In this document: in pieces, positions 50,751 to 64,000 of the stretch
Layout of the letters: every line of letters begins with the position of its first letter
Position numbering within the stretch: the first letter of the stretch is position 1
From: the human T2T-CHM13v2.0 reference genome, Homo sapiens
Assembly: GCF_009914755.1 (NCBI RefSeq)
Contig: NC_060927.1
DNA length: 64,000 nucleotides
Strand: one strand, 5' to 3'
The notes under the pieces: model-generated
Databases searched by the model: none
The model's input: the letters and a program-made list of their open reading frames with translations, nothing else
What the model was told of the DNA's origin: nothing
Position numbers and translations under genes: made by a program

Positions 50751-51424
50751 AAGGATGTTGATTATCACATGAATTGGTAGAAAGGCTATAGAGCCAGACT
50801 TGGGGCTACCCAGCTAAAAGCAATGTTCCAATTTTGGTCAAAATTGCCCTGCCAAACAGACCTCTGGGGCCCCTTACCTTCCCCAAACCAGAGATGCTGC
50901 CAGTATCCCTCCCCTACCCAGCACAGGGCACCAGGCCAGGCCACCAGCACCATGCTGCCAGAGCAGCTTCCTTGGGGCTCCCACTTACCTACCACCTATG
51001 GCACCAAACTGGGTGGATATGTGAGCAACGGGGTCTGTGTCACAGGCTCACCAGGCACAGGGCAGCTGGAAAAGTGACCTTCTGCCATTTTCAGCTTCTC
51101 CCACCTGGGCTCATAGGATGGGAAAGTCTTCAACATAAGTAGGAGGGCAGTTTGCTGGGCAGCCAAAGAAAAAAAAATAGAAAAGTCCAGGATACGCCAG
51201 AAAATATCTGTGCAATCTAACCTCTCTGAGGCCCTCTCTGTTACTTGGCAATCAGTCCATTTGTTCTCTACGTACCACATTCAGCTCAGTAGTTATATTT
51301 CAGATTTTTTTCCGCTTTCTACAAACCCTCCGCCATCTAATCACTGACCTCTCTTACTTGATCATATCCTCATTTCTTTATTTAAAGAGATTGGAGGCTC
51401 CCCATGGGAGAGCTCAGACTACTC

Positions 51425-51645
51425 CTATTGTCATAAGGGCAGACTGATGTGGGTTCAAGTCCTGACCCCATTACTTACTGATTGAGGACATTGAGCAAAC
51501 TACTTACCTTCTCTGAGCCTCAGCTTCCTCTCCTGTAAAGTGCAGCTAATGATAATGACCTTGCAGGGTGTAGCCTGGAAGTAAAGGAATATATGTGAAG
51601 TAAAGCATACTGCCAGGTGCATAGTAGGTACTCGATGCCATTATT
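51425..51645 (+). mobile_element. MIR
   Basis: gggttcaagtcctgaccccattacttact...cttctctgagcctcagcttcctctcctgtaaagtg. Confidence 0.88.
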
Positions 51646-51664
51646 TTTCTTCCTTTCTCTTGAC

Positions 51665-52095
51665 CTCTTATAACAGACACTGGTGTGTTGCTCAAATTGG
51701 GACTGAGAAACTTCATTCCCAGCTGATGAAAGTGTTTTTGGGGTTGCCAGCCCTCACTGGGAATCTTCCTTGACCAAAGAGAGAGAGTTGACTCACTCAG
51801 GGTTATGCCTTTTCCTGGGGCAGCCTCTACCCAGTGACCAGTTGATGCAAATGTATAAAGGTCCAGCTCCCTTATCCCAATTCAGGACAATTCTGAAGGG
51901 TCATCACAGCCCCAAAGCTCCCCATGGGGTTGGCTGAGGCCCTTGTCATGACTGCATCACAGCCCAACTCCACACTGTCTACTCTGGATGGCTTCCATTG
52001 TCCTTATATGGAACGATCCGGAGAGCACTCCCTCATAAATGTACTGCATGCCAATATCTGTCTGAGTCTGCTTCCTGAGCAACCCATCTGTGACA
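51665..52095 (+). mobile_element. LTR16-type (ERVL) solo LTR
   Basis: gtataaaggtccagctcccttatcccaattcaggacaattctgaagggtcatc...gagcactccctcataaatgtactgcatgc...aacccatctgtgaca. Confidence 0.82.
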
Positions 52096-52424
52096 GCCCT
52101 TTTCCCTGTCTTGCCTTCAGGGAAAGCCATCCCTTTCTAGTCTCATACCCCATGGAACCTGATTCCATGTCCTACCATCTGAAAACAATCTCTCCTGCCA
52201 TCTTGGATGTTACCTTCAATTACAGATGTGTGTTAACAGTGTCTTTCTATTTCCCACCCCTAGCCTTGTTGATGGGACCCGCTAAATCTTTCAAGACCCA
52301 TCTTAGGTGGTGCCTTTTCCAGAAAGCCTTCTTTGGATTCCCCAGTGGAAAGCATCCACTCCCTCCCCTGATTATTTTGTCCCCCTCTCCTGACCTGGCA
52401 CCATGTGCAGCCTCCTGAGTTAGT

Positions 52425-52888
52425 ATACAAGTCATTTGCTAGTTTACCTGTATATCCACTCCTTGCCTCCCACTCCACTGCTCTGTGGCTCAGAGGCCTG
52501 ACACAACAAGTTGCATTTCCCAGCGACATGTGCCCACCAATTTCTGGTTAGGGCCAGCCAGTAGGAGGCATGGATGAGAGCTTGGTAGGAAGGAAGAGAA
52601 GAGAATCCAGGGAATTTCTTCCCCCTCTCTGCTTTGGGGAGAGACATCACTGGCAAGGTCTGTGCCCACCTTGGCTCCACCAGGTAGCCCCAGCTCCTGG
52701 GCTCCAGTCACTGTCTCTGCCTGTTGCCTGACCAGCTTTGAGGGGCAATGGTTTCTCTTGTTAATCTCTGGGTTGCCTCATGGTCCCTTGTGTTCAGTTA
52801 TTCCAAACCTGCTATAACTATTCTCCCATAGCAAACTCCCTCAATTAAACTTGCTGGTTTGGGTTCTGTTTCCCTGATGGTTACAGAT
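52425..52888 (+). mobile_element. LTR33-type (ERVL) solo LTR
   Basis: gcatttcccagc...ggccagccagtaggaggca...ccccagctcctgggctccagt...taatctctgggttgcctca...ttctgtttccctga. Confidence 0.78.
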
Positions 52889-53230
52889 GTTATTTCTGTA
52901 TTTGCCTTGCCCTCTTTCACAAGACTGGGAAGATCTCCTGGGCAGGAACAGAGACAAAGCCTGCAGCCAGTAAAAGCAACATTGGCTCTTCTCCTTGCCG
53001 GTAAGTTCGTGGGTGAACACCCGCATTTGAAAAGCTTCAAATATGTTATTCTTTAAAACAAAGACTCCCACAATTAACTAAGGTTGCCTCCTCTTCCCAC
53101 TTTCCATAGCAATTTAGAAGAATCCAGGAATCCTTGACCATTTTGTACAGAAAAAGCCTTCAGCAGCTTAACTAACCTTCTCGACTAGGAACATCCACAC
53201 TCTGCAGTGTCTCCTGCTATGAAGGCTTAC

Positions 53231-53234
<4 letters not shown>

Positions 53235-53268
<34 letters not shown>

Positions 53269-53541
53269 TGAGCAAAGTCCTGCTCTGTCACCCAGGTGGG
53301 AGTGATCTTGGCTCACTGCAACCACCACCTCCCGGGCTCAAGCAATCCTCCCGCCTCAGCCCCTCCGAGTGGCTGTGACTACAGGCATGCGCCACCATGC
53401 CAAGCTAATTTTTGTAATTTTTGTAGAGATGAGGTGTCACTACGTTGCCCAGCCTGGTCTCAAACTCCTGGGCTCAAGCAATTTGCCTGCCTGGGCCTCC
53501 CAAAGTGCTGAGATTATAGGAATGAGCCATCATGCCAGGCT
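53235..53541 (-). mobile_element. Alu (AluJ-like) with T32 tail
   Basis: AluJ diagnostics (ggctcaagcaatcctcccgcctcagcc, aactcctgggctcaagc). TSD ttacaaactttt at 53227 and 53545. Confidence 0.96.
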
Positions 53542-54059
53542 GGTTTACAAACTTTTAATATTGAAACAAAATATGTTTTACCCAGCTGATGTCTCAAAGA
53601 ATTATCTCCAGATCTTGCTTGTGGTTTTGAAGATAAATATTAATAGCAAAGCTGTTTGTAAATATCTGAAACAAATGTAAGCCTTTAATTATTTTTTGCA
53701 TTAAACATTGACAACAATTGATATTCCCCACTCATGAGCTATAAACATTGTGTATGTGTACATGGGTATATATTCTGCTTAATAGCAATTATTGTTCCGT
53801 GATGACTGGGGAAATTGCTCTGAGGTTTAAAAGTGTATTTGCATCTATACCCAAGGGATTGTGGATAGTGATGCCTACTGTCTCATCCACCTTATTTAAA
53901 ATTTGCAATAGGAAACACAATTCAATCTAGCACATTTCTAAAGCCCAGTGGAAAATAGATGGGGCAGCAGAGTCAGAAAATGCAAATCCAATGTTAAACT
54001 CCATCCCAAACCCATCTGCCCAGGTTTTATTTCCTTTTCTTCTTCCCCAAGGCCAGCGG

Positions 54060-54072
54060 TGCTGACTCAGTA
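54060..54072. promoter_or_regulatory. MARE/AP-1-like site (candidate)
   Basis: TGCTGACTCAGTA matches the palindromic T-MARE TGCTGACTCAGCA at 12/13 positions, in apparently unique DNA. Motif only. Confidence 0.35.
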
Positions 54073-54346
54073 GTGCATTAAACACAAATGTGTGAGTTCG
54101 GCCCTGACCAGCCATTAATCAATGTGCAGCCACAAAGCAGCATCCAAGGGTTAGCAATCTACTGCAAGGTGCTGAGCGCATGCAGGGAGAAATTAAACCA
54201 GGCTTTAGAGGTAGTTAGGGGCATACCCACTTCCTCTCCTTAAAGGACCTAGTTGGTTGAAATAAAAATTTAATGCCAAAACAGAATTATAAATATATGT
54301 TATATTTTAAAGGTGTGCATTTAACAAGTTGACTTGTTTAATGGTG

Positions 54347-54437
54347 GAGAAAGAAAGAAGAAAGGACAGAAGGAAGGAAAGAAGGAAGGAGGGAAGGGAG
54401 GAAGGGAGGGAGGAAGGAAGGAAGGAAAGAAGCAAGG
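54347..54437. repeat. GA-rich (GGAA/GAAA/GGGA)n tract
   Basis: About 90 bp of almost pure purine on the + strand. Confidence 0.92.
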
Positions 54438-55689
54438 CATTGATTGTACACTCAGCCTCACCGAAAATAAGAACAAAAAGTTTACACTTGAGACCTCTGG
54501 AGATAAGAGGCCTGAACAAAGGGCCTTCTGTCCCTGCTCCTGCCTCTCAGAGGCACTGGGGAAAACAGGGCAAGTTCAAGACCAGCCATCTCCAACCCAG
54601 CTTAAAGTGCAGATATGATCCACCAGAGAGCCTCGGACACTTTGGTTAATAGAAGTGGCTTTAACGTGGAGGAGCCTCATGAGGAGAGGGGCTGGCCTTG
54701 GCCTCTTCATCCTGATTTTTCACCTTAGATTAAGTGTCCAGTGCTGCTCAGCCTGGAAAGCAGGTACTTTCCCCTCATATGCTGCCTGTCCTTGGGCAAG
54801 GGCGGCCTCCTGCTGTCAGCACGGAACTCCTCCTGGGACCCTTGAAGAAGGCAGGATGCATGTTCAGTTCTCAGGGAGAATGCAGGGCGGAAGGGAAGAC
54901 TCAGAGATGATTTCTCCTGGGGAGTCTCACACGACAGCAACTCCCTCATTTTGTCCCCTCCCTATCTCTTGTCTCTTTAATCTCACTTGCAGGAACCACA
55001 TGATGTGATTCACAGCTCCAGCCCTACCTGGGGAGGGGTGCAAAATGCCCCTGCTAGCGCTCGCTTTCTCTCTCTCTCTCCCCCTCTCTTTCTCCAACAG
55101 AAGAGACTCCAGAATATTGTCTTTATTAAAGGGAATCATAAGCCCCAAACTGCGGGTCCCCTGCTCCTAATGCCACAAGGTGGGAGGAGCACTTCAAGCA
55201 TGGAGGTTGGAGGAACCTCGAGCAACAGTAACCTAGCAACAGTGTCTCAGGATTTGAATGTAATTATACCCCAAGCGTGATAAATACTCGGAAGGGCTCC
55301 TTATGTGCAGATCATACTAAACAAGTCTTTGAAATTACCCTTATCAAATATTGATAGAAGAAAACTTTTTTGAAAAGAAAAAAAAAAAACCCTAAAGTGC
55401 ATGGACAACCTTTCCCACCAAGTGCCCTGGGCAGTGGGAGAACACCAGCCAGGGAAGTGCAGAAAGCCTCAAAACCTCTTTCGCAGGTGATGTGACAGGT
55501 CTGAAAGAGAAGCCGGACCTGGAAACCAGAGCTTCCTTGCAGATGCAGTGCAGCATTGGACACTGAGGTCTGCTGTCTGATCGCAAAGTCAGGAGAACTG
55601 ACCTGGGATTTGGGCCTCAGTTTTCTCATCTCTAGAGAGAGTGTGTTGAGCAAGATGACCTCTCAGCTCTGCGTTAGCTGTGCCCTGAA

Positions 55690-56010
55690 GGAGTGGAAGT
55701 GAGAGGTATGAAGTAGGCAGTGCAGGCAGGAGCAGTCCAGACAGCAGGAACAACATGGATACAGGATCCAAATCTTTTGCATCCTCAATACCAAGGTTAG
55801 TTTGATAGCGTCCAAGACACTGGGGGCTCAGTGTGAGGGCCGAAGCTGAGGTGAATAGTCCCAGGTGCTGAACAGCCTTGCAAGCCTTGATGAAGAGCCT
55901 AGGCTTTATTCCGAGTGAAAACAGGAGTCACTTCAGGTGTAGATGCTGTGAAGTATGTATGTGAAGGGCAGTGATGGCACAGTCAGATGTACATGCTGGA
56001 ATAGGTCTCT
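55690..56010 (-). mobile_element. L2 relic
   Basis: gaacagccttgcaagccttgatgaagagcctaggctttattccgagtgaaaacaggagtcac. Confidence 0.5.
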
Positions 56011-57392
56011 AACTACTCCGTGAGGATGGCTGCTGGGCCATCCTGCCCAGAGGCTGTTGGCAATAATTGACTTCACAGAAGGTGGAGGATTTAGGGCAAT
56101 CATCAGGAGCAGCCCTGTGACATGGAGCTGGCCTTGAGGTGTCTTTATTCAGGTGCTTTGTTAAGACTCCTAGGACAAAGCCCAGAGCTGCCACCATCCA
56201 CCTATGTGCTGCACCAGGTTAATGCAAAAGAAGCCCCTGAACACCCAGTGTGATAAGATCCCGGGATCAGTGTAAGGCTGACAAAGACAAGCCTGGAATG
56301 AGGAAGTTTGGAGACGGAGAATCTGCTCTGGAGAAAAGAACAGAGGATTTAACAGTAGAAGAGAGGATATCAGGTCTCTGTCTTAACATCAGATTATCAG
56401 TGGTACAGAGCTCCGAAGATGGAGACTAAAATCAGAGAATAGGACAAGAGAGAAATGTCTTACCCAGAAACTCAGCCTGTGTCATTATTATTTCGGTGTC
56501 CCTGCCCAGCCTGACCACTATCCTACTGTGGGATCTATGCCAAGCTCTTTCCCTTTGGGGCAAAGTGCTGACCAGGCTCTCCCATCAGGCTGCTGGCCTG
56601 GGCCTGGGTGACACACAGCAAGCCCAGTGCATCCAGATCTGCTTTCCCCTTGCTTCATCCCTGAATGCCCTCATCACAGGGGAGAGCTCTCTGCTCTGGT
56701 GTCTCTCTCTGGGACTGCTGCGCATGTGTTTCCTGCTTGTTCGAGGAAATCGTCTTCCCTTAGATGCCACATCTTTAAAGGGCCTCAGATCTCATCTGTG
56801 AGCTCTCTTCTCTGGGTTGAGCTCCCTTGATGGCACTGCAGGCACCTCCCAAGAAAGTAAGGATAGGGAAGGCAGGTGGACCCTGCTTGAAGGAAGCACT
56901 GTTTACAGAAATCCTCTTGAACAAATGAACAAACTAGCTAAATAAAGGCAGACTGTTTGATTTTCATGAGACTCTTCCTAGAGATTTCTGTAAACCCCCA
57001 CAGCCCCAGAGCACCACCAATAAGTGCATTTAGAGAGCACTGTATGATGCGCTGAAAGGGCAAAGGGTAGAAAAATATGAATACCAAAATATTAAGGGCC
57101 ACTTTCTTTTAAAATCAGTGGAAATGGAAGCATGGTTGACCCTAGACACATAATAGATAGTTACCGGGGGACCAGGGAAGGAGGAAAGACACCAGCATTA
57201 GGGCAAAACTTTCTAGGGGTCTCCACATGAACAGTTAGCAAGAAGAGGGTTGGAGAAAAGATCTGACTTGTTACTTGAGTTCACTCTTTTGACTTCTGAA
57301 AACATTTCTGTCTTCTGTGTGTTCGTTTTCTGACATGAGAAAGGAATTACTGGGTATATACATTTACTAGATACTGCCAGATTGTTCTCTTA

Positions 57393-58423
<1,031 letters not shown>

Positions 58424-58771
58424 ACCCCAAACCATAAAACTCTAGAGGAAAACCTAGGCAATACCATTCAGGATATAGGCATAGGCAAATATTTCATGAC
58501 CAAAATGCTGAAAGCAATTGCAACAAAAGTCAAAATTGACAAATGGGATCTAATTAAATTAAAGAGCTTCTGCACAGCAAAAGAAACTATCATCAGAGTG
58601 AACAGGCAACCTACAGAATGGGAGAAAAATTTTGCAATCTACCCATCTGACAAAGGTCTCATATCCAGAAATGACACAGAACTTAAACAAATGTACAAGA
58701 AAAAAAACAAACAACCCCATCAAAAAGTGAGCAAAGGATATGAACATACACTTCTCAAAAGAAGACATTTA
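58424..58771 (+). mobile_element. Internal L1PA ORF2 fragment of an older-looking subfamily, without a 3' end
   Basis: ORF 58496..58777 ([26 protein letters not shown]). Stops abruptly at gaagacattta. Confidence 0.93.
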
Positions 58772-59149
58772 AGGTGATATTCTCTATCTATTTCTGATAC
58801 TAATTCTTAAACAGCTACACTTTATTACTTTTATCTTCTTCCATTTTGTTGCTTGACTTTCACTATGCTTTGGTGTTTTTCATTGATACATATTTTAATT
58901 TTAATTTTAATATGGTAAGATTTAATAATTTTTTTGCCCTTTCTGTGTCTTGTTGAAAATAATTATTCTTAATGTCATAAGGTTAATTTATATATTTCTT
59001 CTAAAATGGGCGGCATTTTGCTTTTTTATATTTACGGCATGAATTGAGGAAATAATTTTAGTTTTAAATGGTTATACAATTGTACTATTTACTGAATAAG
59101 TTTATTTCAGGGCTAGATATTTTTATTCATTGACTGTCATATAGTTAAT

Positions 59150-60350
59150 AGATGGGAGTTAAAGGATTCCATTTAAAATTAATATGCCAGATAATGAAAG
59201 GTTAGGTAAGAAAAAGAGGATTTAGTGTCATACAAAGTATTAATATAAAGGTAACTACTGGAATAAAAATATAAACCTCTATAAATACCAGAAAAAATTG
59301 TAAAAGGCCAAAAGAATATACCAAATACAGCAAGATAAACAATGAGTATGACAAAAATATAACATAGTATACACAGTAATCCTAATATAATATTACTGAA
59401 TTGACAACAAACATAATACTTCTATCAGTCAATGTGAATGAGTTTAACTTCTCTATTAAAAGAGTTTTCAAGTAGGCTCATAAAGCAAAATTCAGCTCTA
59501 TAAAAGAGATACACCTAAATCACAGTGATTCAAAAAAGCTAAAAAATAAAGGGATGGACAAATATTTGCCAAACAAATGGAAGTAATACAAAAAATAGGA
59601 ATAGTGGTTGTGCTATCAGCTAAGTAGAATTCAATCCAAAAAGCATTATACAAAACAAAAAGACCACTTCACAAATGAAAAGCCGCATTCTACAATGAAG
59701 ACATAACAGTTCTTTATATATACACATGAAATAACACAACAATTACCTTTATAAAACATAAATGACAAGAGAAATAGATAGAAATACAGTTTTTTTTTTT
59801 TTTTTTTGAGACAAAGTCTCACTCTGTTGCCCAGGCTGGAGTGCAGTGGCATAATCTCTGCTCACTGGGCTTAAAATATTTTCTGGTAAGAGGTTTATAT
59901 TTTTATTCCAGTAGTTACCTTTATATTAATCTCTGCCTCTCAGGTTCAAGCAATTCTCCTGCCTCAGCCTCCCAAGTAGCTGGGATTACAGGCATGCACC
60001 ACCATGCCTGGCTACTTTTTGTATTTTTAGTAGAGACAGGGTTTCACCATGTTGGCCAGGCTGGTCTGGAACTCCTGGCCTCTAGTGATCCACCAATCTC
60101 AGCTTTCCAAAGTGCTGGGATTACAGGCGTGAGCCACAGCACCTGGCCTACACTTTTAATAGAAGATTTTAATACAGCACTCTTAATACAAGGTAAGCCA
60201 AGTGCACAAAAGGTATAAAAGAATATAAAAGGTCTAGCAGTCTAATTAACAAGCTAACTCTTTAGGGTATATGTCTTAAACAACACATCCTGATAATGGA
60301 GAATACACCTTCTAAAGAGCACATGGAACATTTATAAAAATTAGACAATA
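59150..60350 (+). mobile_element. Ancient L1M relic (ORF2 endonuclease region), split by an Alu
   Basis: tcaatgtgaatgagtttaacttctctattaaaaga...aagagatacacctaaa...gagaatacaccttctaaagagcacatggaacattt. Confidence 0.7.
59790..60148 (-). mobile_element. Alu (AluSx/Sz-like) carrying a 63-bp internal insertion
   Basis: Poly-T, both arms, TSD-like tacagtttt / tacactttt. Non-Alu insert at 59868-59930. Confidence 0.97.
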
Positions 60351-60925
60351 ATTCTGTTCCATTTGTTATTTGTCTATTCCTGAAACAAAACCACACTGTG
60401 TTGTCAATAAACCTTGACACCTGGTAAGGCAAATCTTTCCATCTTCTTGTTTCTCAAAATTGTCTAGATTCACAGATCCAAAGTAGTCAATGAAGCCTGA
60501 GCACAAGAAATGAAGAAAGTAACACCAAGGCAAACTAATCAAATCGTATAAAACCAGTGATAAAGAGAACAGCCTTAAAAATGGCTGGAGAAAAAAGACA
60601 GCACACACACAGAGCAATGATACGAATAACAGCAGATTTCTAGTTTGAAACAATGTAAGCCAGGTGACAACAAAGCAACATCCTAAAAGTATCAAAAGCA
60701 AAAATACCTGTCGACCTGGAATTACACACCTAGAAAAAAATACCTTTCAAAACCAAGGCAAAAAAAGACTTTTTCAGACATTCAGAAGCTGAAAAAGTCA
60801 TCACCAGCAGAGCTGCACTATCAGAAATGTTAAAGGAAGTCCCTCGGGAAGAAGGAAACGACAGTAGATGGAAATCTGGATCCACACGAAGGAAGGAAGA
60901 GCAGCAAAATGGTAAAGATGTAAAG

Positions 60926-61417
60926 GCAGCAGGGGGAATGGTAGCCCCCAGAAAGATACGGGCATGTCCTAGTTCCCAGAACCTGGGAATGTTAGCTTAT
61001 TTGGAAAAAAGGGTCTTTGTGATATAATTAAGTTAAGGATCTTGAGATGACATCATCCTGGATTATCTGGGTGGGCCCTAAATCCAATCACAATTGTCCT
61101 TATAAGTGTGAGGCAGGGGAAAGTAAGACAGAAGAGGAACAGAAGCAAACACACAGAGAAGAAGGTGATGTAAAGACAGAGGCAGGGATTGGAGAGCTGT
61201 GCTATAGGCCAAGGAGAGCCAAGGAGTGCCGGCAGCCAGCAGGAGCCAGGAGGGAGGCTTGGAGTGCATTCTCCTGGAGCCTCCAGAGAAAGTCTGATCC
61301 ACCTGACACGTTGATTTAAGGCTCCAGGGCCCCAGAACTGTGAGAGAATAAATTTAATTTGCTGTATACCACCAAGTTTGTGAGAATTTGTTATGTCAGC
61401 CACAGGAAACTAATACA
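60926..61417 (+). mobile_element. MLT1C-like MaLR solo LTR
   Basis: cttatttggaaaaaagggtctttg...atcatcctggattatctgggtgggccctaaatccaat...ccagaactgtgagagaataaattt...gccacaggaaactaataca. Confidence 0.92.
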
Positions 61418-61460
61418 GTGGGTAAATCTAAAAGATTTTTTTCTTATTTTAAAAATTCTA

Positions 61461-61753
<293 letters not shown>

Positions 61754-62079
61754 TTATACTAGGAAGATAATAGACTGTCAAGCAGAAGTAATAATGCATT
61801 CTAAGGTTTACAACATATGCATAATTAAATATATAACAATTATGACACAAAGATCAGGAGAGGGTAAGTGGACAAATACTACTGTAAGGTTCTTACATGC
61901 AAGAAATGATATTATTATAATATTATTTTAAAATAACAAATATAAAAATGGAATTACACAAAATATTTAACATTCATAATTTATAATTAATTATATTTGA
62001 ATAAAACAAAATTATTTAATCTTTCTAGCTACCCTAATTTAAAAAAAAAATTTAGTGTTTACTTTATTTGAACCCTCCA

Positions 62080-63650
62080 TGTAGTTTTCTATTATAATTA
62101 GTTGACTCTGTTTATCTGTAGAGCTGATTAGTTTCTGTGCTCTCCATTGTTTCTTTTATTCCATGCCTTCCTTCTTGATTCACTGTCCTTCCTTATACTG
62201 AGTCTTTCCCAAGATTTTTGTTTATGTTTGCTTGTTTTTTTACTTTTAGAGGCAAGTGATTGAAAAATTATCTTTTCTTTTCTGATATTTTAAAATGTCT
62301 TTTTTTGCCTCCTCTAAAGTGAAGTGTGCGTAGGTATACAGTTTGTCACTTCAACACTTCAAATGCATTACTTTATTTTATTCTAGCATCTATTGTTGCT
62401 GAGGAGAAGTCTGCTGTCAATCTGATTGCTTATTTCAAGCTCTGTCTTTGTTCTCTAGTAATGCCTGAAGGAGTCTTAGCTATTTTCTCTTTAACAACAA
62501 CTTCTCTGCTGTGACTTCTATTTTCTCTTGAAGTCCCTATGAATATTTGTTGGATTGCCTTAAACTATTCTCCATATTTTCTTAACTTTCCTCTTAAAAT
62601 TCATTATACCTCTTTCCCCTTCTGTTCTAAATTCTGGACACATTCCTCAGTGTCATCTTCTAATTTACACCATTTCTCTTCAAATATATCTAGTTTAGAA
62701 TTTATATAATTCATTGGGTATTTCAGTGACTATAATTTTTATTTCTAATATTTGTTGATCTGATTTTTATTGTATGTATCTGTTCTTGTTTCATTTCACT
62801 GACTTTGCTTCCTAATTTTTATTTTTAACTGAAATTAGCTATTTAATTGTCTCAGATTTTAAACCTACTTTTCAAATCTTTCTTTCACTCTTAAATGCAT
62901 TTTTGCTTGAGTAAATATTTATTCTGATAGATATTATTGGTCTTTCTTGGCTTTAGATTTCTTCAAGATGTTTAGAATTTGGGGTTTTAGGCTCACTTTA
63001 AGATGGTCTAAATGGGTTGCTACACCTATTTTTTTTTTTTTCTCTCCATTCTCAGTACTCACTGACTCTGTCCAGCAATTGTATGGCTGCCTCTGTTCAG
63101 TACTCCCATTGGAGGTTCCCCAGTCTAGAAATTCTTGCCTTACACTGGCAGCTTAGAGTCCCTGCCCAGAAGGATGTCAGTTATAGAACTGATCCAGTCA
63201 CAAGGCTGTGGAAGGCTTAATGCACGTCTTGCCACAGGCTGAGTCTGTGTCTTGACTCCTTGCCCCCCAGGTTCACAGGTTGCTGGGGCCATCCCTGTGG
63301 CAGGCCATGGATCATTGGGGTTTTTCTTTAGGGTTTTTCATGAGCTAGGATGTCCTTTCCCAGGCCCTAGCATCAAGCATTAGGCTTTTTCTGGCCTCTC
63401 ATCTTGCATGGAGCCCCTTAGTTCCATTATCCAACAGATGGCTTACTTCTGGACTTTCTGCCAGACACAGAGAGGAGCAGACACATGCCTTCAGCTTTGC
63501 TCATTTCCCTGCCTTTCTGTCTTATTTGAGGTATGCAGACATGTTTATATTGTGTTTGAGCCTGTTGGTATCCTTTTTGCTTTTAATTGTTTATCTATCA
63601 TTGCTGATCATATGCACCATTGGGGATATCAAATCAAACGTGTGAACATA
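62080..63650 (-). mobile_element. Ancient HAL1/L1ME-type relic
   Basis: T-rich antisense text including ttctagcatctattgttgctgaggagaagtctgctgtcaatctgattg. Boundaries uncertain. Confidence 0.55.
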
Positions 63651-64000
63651 CTGATGGTCTTAATGGATGACCCAGAAGTGGCTTTTTAATGTACTAGTGT
63701 ATGGTTGATCATTTGACCTTTTGAAACTAGGAAATAATTCTTAGTCTCTCACCTTTATGTCACTTAGGTTCAAGGATTTGGAGCCACCAGTCTTAGAACC
63801 ACCGGCATAAGACATGGAATTTGAGAAATTTAGAACTGTCCTTCTTAAAATATCTTCCCCACAGCCTGGGGAAGAAAAAGCGCATCAATTTTAGTGTAAA
63901 TTGAACACACAGTCAACCTGCTGACTGTGTGGAATGTGGAAGGATCTCACTTGAGACCCCAAAACTATCAACCCATTAGCATCTAACAGGAGAGTTTCAC

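Noticed and set aside
51924-52418. 164-aa ORF
   Set aside because: Starts inside an LTR16-type element and continues into L2-like DNA; no homology recognised.
54347-54437. GGAA microsatellite as an EWS-FLI1-type response element
   Set aside because: Only about four consecutive GGAA units; otherwise an ordinary degenerate purine tract.
55171-55190. CTCF-like motif gccacaaggtgggagg
   Set aside because: Mismatch in the core GGC; not distinguishable from chance.

Overview
This is primate (human-like) non-coding genomic DNA, CpG-poor and dominated by interspersed repeats. It holds five Alus, several young 5'-truncated L1PA pieces, long decayed L1M/HAL1-type elements, many L2 and MIR relics, MaLR/ERV solo LTRs (MLT1, MST, MER21, LTR16, LTR33) and hAT DNA transposon relics (Charlie-type, MER5A, MER45A). 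I can support no protein-coding gene, RNA gene, CpG island or CRISPR-like array. The only recognisable ORFs are L1 ORF2 or Alu fragments. Subfamily names come from my recollection of consensus sequences, not from a database run, and boundaries of old elements are approximate. I found no new multi-gene system. The real signal is a set of DNA-repair and retrotransposition scars readable directly in the sequence. These are a perfect inverted copy of nearby DNA pasted into an Alu (59868-59930), a ~142-bp local non-tandem duplication inserted in an old L1 (4194-4335), a fold-back L1 5' junction (13188-13208), a serial direct/inverted templated patch (23551-23632), two 5'-inverted L1s (one apparently primed in register from an older antisense L1), and a ~60-nt A-tailed retroposed sequence with TSD-like flanks. 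Weaker candidates are two + strand cassette exons and an enhancer-like MARE/AP-1 cluster.
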